DNA from: a virus
DNA length: 29,450 bases
Direction: 5' to 3' (one strand)
Virus genome (UHGV): UHGV-0338605
Shown piece by piece: positions 19,501-24,261 of this stretch. Positions within the stretch are counted from its first letter, which is position 1; each line of letters starts with the position of its first letter. The notes below the pieces were generated by a model. It worked only from the letters and a program-made list of their open reading frames with translations. It had not been told where the DNA came from and searched no databases. The position numbers were made by a program, and so were the translations under genes.

Positions 19501-19953
19501 TCTGGTATCCAGCAGGGCGATGCTGCATTCTATCTTGGTGCGCTTGGCACGATTGCGCTTGGCTCAATGGTCTATATGATGAAACAGAAGTTAAGCGGTC
19601 GCGATATTGACTACAGCTGGAATAACCTTGTGAAAGAGGGGATCGACCGGGGCGGAATGCTTGGCTGGCTCTCTGAGCCGCTGAATACCGTTGAGAACAT
19701 AAGCGGTGGTAGGTTTGGTCTTGGCGCGATGTTTGGTGCGCCTCCGGTATCAAGGTTTCAGAGTCGTAATGCTATTGGTGCTTTACTTGGTCCTACCTTT
19801 GATCTTGGCGGTGATGCCGCGACGGTTGCGAATGGTGTACTTAACGGAGAATTTGACAGCCAGCAAACCCACGCGGTCCGTAAAATGCTACCTTTTCAGA
19901 ACCTGTGGGCGATATCACCATTACTAAATAAAGTTGAAGAGCAGATGAAATAG
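16564..19953 (+). CDS. internal core / ejection protein, gp16-like by position (1129 aa)
   Basis: Largest ORF of the module; start overlaps the upstream stop (ATAATG); long predicted coiled-coil-like central region; followed by TAG then the ATG of the next gene. Confidence 0.5.
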   Translation: MPIYEQDPKKLLGEDIQQIAAPDDSNFYMETPSLLSAVNPFTSDQRVQRSRQAAFRIDNTLGSFIASAPFSQFDRVEGYNPFDNDAADIKGYEDFADSFINSGSPEETMAIKHRIDQQRADMEYNSGLGFAGTVSSVAMRLADPFNAISMFIPFGAVVRGGRIAETAGRFALANAAGSVASEAALQATQEARSPMESVSNVVVDALVGGILGAGAQLLAGPGAREAVVNSVGNHLRGMDSPQSIGAAQVFNTTLDQEQLAGLGLANKTLSVTPAGRLAQSPSLVSRQINQQLAENNYFFAKNDEGLATFTAVETKIKQYDAMLYKQMEATRDAYQQYSKSVSARGVKRMNFIDFNEAVGMAMRRGDQSDIPEVSQAAARIRPIFETTKARMQELGILPKDIDVVTAKSYLPRIYKFDKILSDRTEFRGRIANWIQGISAKGADKAGQRIERINSLLKTAEESAPRADALASEIAEAEKWSGKKILLMEELDKRNKLISQETDTQARLTRIEKELAETSSEKLQARMMKESSDLKTRLDDIAQAKSELPVYQRHMELLDNPRKYRSELRRLQKRANSTTRLNASRERALKQMEPLSREEAEDAADEIVNKIIGAPSGLVPADIIPERLVGRAGFTKSRTLLIPDERIEDFLESDVNYIMESYLRQVAPEIELTAQFGRKDMGEQIRQVSEEYTRLIKEAKTPKRRAVLEKQREADIRDITAMRDRLLGTYGAPQDPRSFFVRAGRVARNINFLRLLGGMTVSAATDLMRPMMQHGLRKSLGPMVSMLKNMDSVKIATRDLREMAVGLDYVLSTRTKAIADLTDPYSRRSAAERGLNWMTQKFGNWTLMNQWNSALKSWSGMIVQSRILDAARQVSAGGTLSKSEMRKMAQVGINEDVLRRIGEQFGKHGEDMDGLLTGHSHLWDDRFAREIFQSAVLKDVDSVIVTPGVGDTPLFFSKEGWKMITQFKTFIFAQHNRVLVSGIQQGDAAFYLGALGTIALGSMVYMMKQKLSGRDIDYSWNNLVKEGIDRGGMLGWLSEPLNTVENISGGRFGLGAMFGAPPVSRFQSRNAIGALLGPTFDLGGDAATVANGVLNGEFDSQQTHAVRKMLPFQNLWAISPLLNKVEEQMK

Positions 19954-19954
19954 G

Positions 19955-20806
19955 ATGAAAAAAATAAATTTGTTTTTTGGCATAGTGCTTTCAATAGTCT
20001 CTGTAAATCCTACAGCTGCCAGTTCATTGCAATGCAATAAGGATAACTTTGATGCATGCAAAACGTGTGAACAATTATCAAAGGCTATCGACTTAAAAGA
20101 ACCTAATCGTGGCGATTACTATAGAGGGGCTTTATGGAATGGGCTTTACGCCTCTTATGTAATTAATTGCCCTGTGGTTGCTGAGAAGTTACTGAGCCAT
20201 GGTGCTATACCATCATATGGCGGATATATGGGGTCTATGGGGGCGGTTCTGACAGGAAAATGGCCTCATAACAATGAATCAATAAATCTTTCATGGGCAG
20301 ATTTGCTTATAAAACATGGATTTGATGTTAATAGGCATACGGGGAATTATAAATCAGCTACTGAAGTATGGGCTATAGATAAAAAACAGATTGAATATAA
20401 GTCAGTTTTTGACAAGTTAATTCAATCCAGCGAAGTAAAACCACTCGATCCTTCAAGAAATTTAGAATGGTGTGCGTCTGAAGGGTATCGCTCAGTTGTC
20501 GTTTATTCCCTTAACTCATGTATAGAAAATGCTATAAAACGTTTGGATGATGGTGTTTCTTCAGCGTCTGATATTTCATCAGCAGCCGTAAATTCCTGTA
20601 CTAGCGATGTAGAAAATTTCAATAAGCATTTGGCATGCAAAGCAGCTGTTAAAGAAAACTCTGATAAAGAGAGAAGCGACGTTTACCAGTTATTAACCAG
20701 TGATAGTCAAATGAATAAAAATGTTATTGATATGCTGAAGGAAAGAAATATTGAAACGGTTCTTGAATTTAGAGCTGAAAATCGATCAGCGAAAACTGCA
20801 CAGTGA
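19955..20806 (+). CDS. secreted or periplasmic protein of unknown function (283 aa), AT-rich accessory gene
   Basis: N-terminal signal peptide MKKINLFFGIVLSIVSVNPTAAS; strongly AT-rich compared with the flanking structural genes; ATG one nucleotide after the gp16-like stop; weak ankyrin-like LLxxGA/DVN patterns (LLSHGA, LLIKHGFDVN). Confidence 0.6.
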   Translation: MKKINLFFGIVLSIVSVNPTAASSLQCNKDNFDACKTCEQLSKAIDLKEPNRGDYYRGALWNGLYASYVINCPVVAEKLLSHGAIPSYGGYMGSMGAVLTGKWPHNNESINLSWADLLIKHGFDVNRHTGNYKSATEVWAIDKKQIEYKSVFDKLIQSSEVKPLDPSRNLEWCASEGYRSVVVYSLNSCIENAIKRLDDGVSSASDISSAAVNSCTSDVENFNKHLACKAAVKENSDKERSDVYQLLTSDSQMNKNVIDMLKERNIETVLEFRAENRSAKTAQ

Positions 20807-20812
20807 TCAAAC

Positions 20813-20837
20813 AGGCCGCTTTCGCGGCCTTGTTTTT
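20813..20837 (+). terminator. rho-independent terminator
   Basis: Stem AGGCCGC/GCGGCCT (20813-20830) with TTTC loop followed by TGTTTTT; ends the plus-strand late operon. Confidence 0.7.
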
Positions 20838-20997
20838 AACGAATGCCACCGCCGCCCGGGCGGGAATCCGCAGAACGCCCACCGCAGCGGGAGCCGTCAG
20901 CGGCAGTATCGCTGTCGTGCTGACAACGACCGGCAAAGGCCTGAGTTGAAGCTACCAGAGACAACAAAACGAACAGTGCAGCAAATGCTTTTTTCAT
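20836..20997 (-). CDS. small secreted peptide candidate (53 aa)
   Basis: Minus-strand ATG at 20997 gives MKKAFAALFVLLSLVASTQAFA followed by a short Cys-containing mature part. Coding status uncertain. Confidence 0.35.
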   Translation of the reverse strand: MKKAFAALFVLLSLVASTQAFAGRCQHDSDTAADGSRCGGRSADSRPGGGGIR

Positions 20998-21068
20998 TGT
21001 GACATTTCCATCTATAAGCCACCTCAATGTGGCGTCAATGAGTGTAGCACTGACTTTTGTTTCGTCCA

Positions 21069-21091
21069 CAAAAAAGCCCGCGCCGCGGGCT
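21069..21091 (-). terminator. rho-independent terminator for the 211-aa minus-strand gene
   Basis: Stem GCCCGC/GCGGGC (21076-21090); on the minus strand it is followed by TTTTTT (plus A6 at 21070-21075); sits just 3' of the CDS ending at 21099. Confidence 0.7.
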
Positions 21092-21098
21092 TAAAGAA

Positions 21099-21734
21099 CT
21101 ATTTTATTGGCAGCTTATGCTTTGAAATTATGGCCAATCTGTTTTGGAAGTTTTCCGCATCACCCCATAACCAGGTTTCACCTTTCTCAAGCTCTTCCTC
21201 GTTATTCATCTCTATCAGCTCGCATGTCATCATGTCGTAACCATAGAGGTGGAGGCCAAGTTCCAGTGCGTCATACATGCGAGCCTGCCAGAACGACATG
21301 CCTTCATGAGTCTGGTTGCGATCAGACACGATGATATCGTACCGTTCCAAGAGGTAGTTCATGAAGATGATGCCGGCGAAATCATGAAGCACAGCACGAT
21401 GCTTAGGCTTCTGGGTTCTCCATACCAATATCTGCGTGACAGGACGGCAGTTAAGATAGCTGTCAGGCTGGATAATGACACGATTGTAATACACTACCTC
21501 TTCGGTGAGGTCATTTATCAATGACAGTTCAAAGTGCGCCTGTGGAATCTCGCCTTTCTTACGATCGTCTACACGGACAACGCGGTATCCAGGAGCCAGA
21601 GAAACGCCTTTGACATCAGATGTGACATCGTTGCCGTTCACTAACTCTGAATACAGGGCGCGGTTGTCTGGAGTTTCGTTCAGATGAGCGAAAACCTCAG
21701 TTACCTTTGCTGGATTCAGCAGTTGTTGTGGCAT
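21099..21734 (-). CDS. hypothetical protein (211 aa), accessory gene of unknown function
   Basis: ATG at 21734 preceded by GAGGTG; own upstream palindrome site and downstream terminator; no family recognised. Confidence 0.65.
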   Translation of the reverse strand: MPQQLLNPAKVTEVFAHLNETPDNRALYSELVNGNDVTSDVKGVSLAPGYRVVRVDDRKKGEIPQAHFELSLINDLTEEVVYYNRVIIQPDSYLNCRPVTQILVWRTQKPKHRAVLHDFAGIIFMNYLLERYDIIVSDRNQTHEGMSFWQARMYDALELGLHLYGYDMMTCELIEMNNEEELEKGETWLWGDAENFQNRLAIISKHKLPIK

Positions 21735-21773
21735 ACATCACCTCATAATATATAGATGCTTCTTTAAGCGGGA

Positions 21774-21790
21774 TTTACCATTAGGGTAAA
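21774..21790. promoter_or_regulatory. 17-bp palindrome TTTACC-ATTAG-GGTAAA, candidate operator, copy 3 of 6
   Basis: Read directly; 40 bp upstream of the minus-strand ATG at 21734. Confidence 0.6.
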
Positions 21791-21927
21791 TGAACTATCC
21801 GAATGTTAAACGCCTTCGTACTCGTCAAATTTTCTCATGTGGGCTCCTCCTGTATCGGTGCCTAATCGCTATGGATCACCCGTAAGGTAATAGTACGCTA
21901 TTCACCCACAGTCTGCAATCTGTACAG

Positions 21928-21954
21928 AATTATTTAAAGGCACATCCCTGTGCC
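21928..21954 (-). terminator. possible terminator after the Bro-N gene
   Basis: Stem GGCACA/TGTGCC (21939-21954) with a 4-nt loop; on the minus strand it is followed by the T-rich TTTAAATAATTC; 9 bp 3' of the CDS ending at 21963. Confidence 0.4.
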
Positions 21955-21962
21955 GCCGCTAG

Positions 21963-22658
21963 TCAGAAGAATCCTGCTTTGTCGTTGATGTACTCCGCGT
22001 GAGTCTGGATATCACGCAGGCATTTGCTCACACCAACGATGTAGCAGAACATGGTGGTCAGTTCCGCCGCCGCGCCCGATACGTCATGCCCGTCTTCCTG
22101 TAACTGGTTCAGCAGATTCATCAGCAGTGAGTTCTCCGTCAGGCCGAGAACACCAGACGGCGAATGAATCAGGCTACGGTAGCCGGGCTTCAGTGGGGCG
22201 CTGTAGGTTTTGTTCTCTATCTTCATTGCCTGCATCACTGCTGATGCTGTGGCGTTTGCAACCTGGTCGGCAACCATCTTTATGCGTTCTTCCTGCGGGA
22301 GCGAGTTTTTAATGTAACTTCCGGTGCGGCGGATCTGAGGAAGAACCTCACCTGTAACCCATTTACGAAAGCGGTAGGGGATAGTGCCTGGTGTCACTGC
22401 GTCGCGGCAGCGGAGGATCAGTGTGTAGAGGCCTGACTCGGAGATGATGATCGATTCTTGCTCACCGCCAGGGGTGTCGGTTGAAGCGACGCCCTTCTCA
22501 TCATCATCAAGTTTTCGAACAGCATCTCGATGGTTTGCTATGCCTATAGCCCGACAAACATCTGAAGCGATAAACCATGGCTCACCATTAATGACGATTA
22601 CTCGTATATCGGCTTGGGATTCGAAAGAAAAAATGGACGTGCTTTTTGTAGCTGTCAT
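21963..22658 (-). CDS. Bro-N domain protein (antirepressor-like) with distinct C-terminal domain (231 aa)
   Basis: N-terminal FESQADIRVIVINGEPWFIASDVCRAIGIANHRDAVRKL matches the Bro-N/antirepressor N-terminal pattern; ATG at 22658 with AAGG upstream; C-terminal about 70 aa is paralogous to the small ORF at 23806-24066. Confidence 0.75.
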   Translation of the reverse strand: MTATKSTSIFSFESQADIRVIVINGEPWFIASDVCRAIGIANHRDAVRKLDDDEKGVASTDTPGGEQESIIISESGLYTLILRCRDAVTPGTIPYRFRKWVTGEVLPQIRRTGSYIKNSLPQEERIKMVADQVANATASAVMQAMKIENKTYSAPLKPGYRSLIHSPSGVLGLTENSLLMNLLNQLQEDGHDVSGAAAELTTMFCYIVGVSKCLRDIQTHAEYINDKAGFF

Positions 22659-22926
22659 AGTGGTTACCTTTTAGTCTGGTCAATCACCACTACCGACGCC
22701 AATCGGTTGGTGGTGAACTGTGCAGGGTTGGCGTAACCGGCTAAAAGGACCCGGCGCACCTTTCGGTGCCCCCACACAGCCCACCATAATACGAATGTGG
22801 CCGTGCTATACGCATAAAAAAACCGCTTGCGCGGTGAATGCGCCTTTTAGTAATCCGGGACGCCAATCCCGGCACTGGATTTTGCCAGTGCCCGATTACT
22901 ATGGCACAAGAGGAGTGCGATGTAAA

Positions 22927-22943
22927 TTTACCGAAAAGGTAAT
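22927..22943. promoter_or_regulatory. 17-bp palindrome TTTACC-GAAAA-GGTAAT, candidate operator, copy 4 of 6
   Basis: Read directly, in the divergent intergenic region 22659-23055. Confidence 0.6.
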
Positions 22944-23019
22944 GATAAACGCGGAGAAATATTAAAATCAACCGTATTTGGTTGATTGCGTTTAACGCTT
23001 GATCACCTGAAAGCAAGAT

Positions 23020-23036
23020 ATTACCTTTAAGGTAAT
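23020..23036. promoter_or_regulatory. 17-bp palindrome ATTACC-TTTAA-GGTAAT, candidate operator, copy 5 of 6
   Basis: Read directly; 20 bp upstream of the ATG at 23056. Confidence 0.6.
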
Positions 23037-23055
23037 GTTATTGTGAGGAAAAGCA

Positions 23056-23784
23056 ATGGAAGTTTTCTGGATAGTTGTTGGTGTTGTTACGGTGATTATT
23101 TACGTTATCAACCAGAACAGGACTAAGGTCTCTGATCGCACAGTCGTTAATCATCGCAAAACGATAAAGACCGAAGATGGAGAAATAACGATTAATCGTA
23201 CACAGGTGATAGACCACACCTCCACTCAGTTTCAAAAAACTGGAGGTAATGCGCCGGATATTTCAGTACATCCTGCTTATGATATATCGGTAATCCAGAC
23301 ATATTATAAACAACAGGAGTCAGCAAAAGAGAGGGCGCTGATTCAGCCAAAGCCATTTACAGCAGAGCTTCCACCTGGAGTGTCAACGCGTCCGGCATAT
23401 CATGACAGATTCCCAGGTGATGACATATCGTCTCAGTTACCTAAAAAAGCTCCTCAGGTAGTATCTGAGCCAGCAAGAATACCTTCTGTATCGCCATCAC
23501 AAGAAGAATCAGCTAACAGAGTTTCAAGTGGTAGTAAGCAGTGTTTGCGATGCAGAATAAACCTTCCATATGAAAAATTCAGGAAATCGTCAAAAAATCC
23601 AGATGGATTGACTAAGTGGTGTGCAAGGTGTCTCGATGGCCCAAAGAATACACGCCATATGAAGTGGTGCCCAATTTGTAATGTCCGCAGAAAACGCACC
23701 AGCTTTTACTCTAATAATCAAAATGCGGACGGCTTAATGGCATGGTGCAAAACGTGCTGGGACGAGCACAAAGCGAAACGATAG
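23056..23784 (+). CDS. membrane-anchored protein with tandem Cys4 zinc-ribbon-like repeats (242 aa)
   Basis: GAGGAA RBS; N-terminal hydrophobic helix FWIVVGVVTVIIYVI; C-terminus carries two repeats of C-x2-C-x(17-20)-DGL-x3-WC-x2-C; AT-rich; followed by a strong terminator. Confidence 0.65.
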   Translation: MEVFWIVVGVVTVIIYVINQNRTKVSDRTVVNHRKTIKTEDGEITINRTQVIDHTSTQFQKTGGNAPDISVHPAYDISVIQTYYKQQESAKERALIQPKPFTAELPPGVSTRPAYHDRFPGDDISSQLPKKAPQVVSEPARIPSVSPSQEESANRVSSGSKQCLRCRINLPYEKFRKSSKNPDGLTKWCARCLDGPKNTRHMKWCPICNVRRKRTSFYSNNQNADGLMAWCKTCWDEHKAKR

Positions 23785-23808
23785 GCCGCTCTTGCGGCCT
23801 TTTTTTTA
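23784..23808 (+). terminator. rho-independent terminator
   Basis: Stem GGCCGC/GCGGCC (23784-23799) with TCTT loop followed by T8 (23800-23807). Confidence 0.75.
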
Positions 23809-24066
23809 TGTGGTTTGTTTTCGTAATTGTTCGGCACAATAGTCGAGATGTGTTTGCAGATCCTTCATGGATAGCTGTGAGCTGGTGACATAGTTCACCA
23901 GTGCAGTAAGTTCGGCCAGCGGCCCGTCGACGTTGAACCCGTCTTTATCAAGTTCCCGCAATAAAGTCATAAGGTGCGAGTTCTCCACCAGGGATATAAC
24001 GCCTCCCGGCGTGTGTACTCTTTCATAAAATCCATCTTCCAGTGGGTGGTGATACCGCTGTTGCAT
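23806..24066 (-). CDS. small protein (86 aa) paralogous to the C-terminal domain of the Bro-N protein
   Basis: ATG at 24066 preceded by GGAG (the track ORF begins at a TTG at 24084). About 40-45% identity by eye to residues about 160-225 of the 231-aa Bro-N protein (shared ENS-LM-LL, DG-V-G, AELT, QTH-Y). Confidence 0.6.
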   Translation of the reverse strand: MQQRYHHPLEDGFYERVHTPGGVISLVENSHLMTLLRELDKDGFNVDGPLAELTALVNYVTSSQLSMKDLQTHLDYCAEQLRKQTT

Positions 24067-24141
24067 TAACCATTCTCCATACAAACACTGTATATATATA
24101 CATATATCAGATGAACCACTGTTTCACCAGTATGATTTTTA

Positions 24142-24158
24142 ATTACCTGTGAGGTAAT
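24142..24158. promoter_or_regulatory. 17-bp palindrome ATTACC-TGTGA-GGTAAT, candidate operator, copy 6 of 6
   Basis: Read directly; between the divergent starts of the 86-aa gene (24066, minus) and the tail spike gene (24262, plus). Confidence 0.6.
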
Positions 24159-24261
24159 AACTTTGTTGATTACATCTCGTGCGATTCATATATGGTTCGT
24201 TGGGTAATAGAATAACCAGTAGTGCGGTGCGCCGGGTGCTGCGACTTTCTGGAGTTTAAAC

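Noticed and set aside
20751-21002. 83-aa plus-strand ORF overlapping the terminator and the small minus-strand ORF
   Set aside because: It would read through the rho-independent terminator at 20813-20837; the minus-strand alternative has a proper signal peptide.
22720-22965. 81-aa plus-strand ORF in the divergent intergenic region
   Set aside because: It spans the GC-rich hairpin block; Pro/Gly/Arg-rich translation with no RBS; more likely a structured non-coding region.
24099-24117. Alternating TA tract (TATATATATACATATAT)
   Set aside because: A short AT-rich simple sequence in a promoter region; probably contributes to promoter or curvature properties but is not a distinct element.
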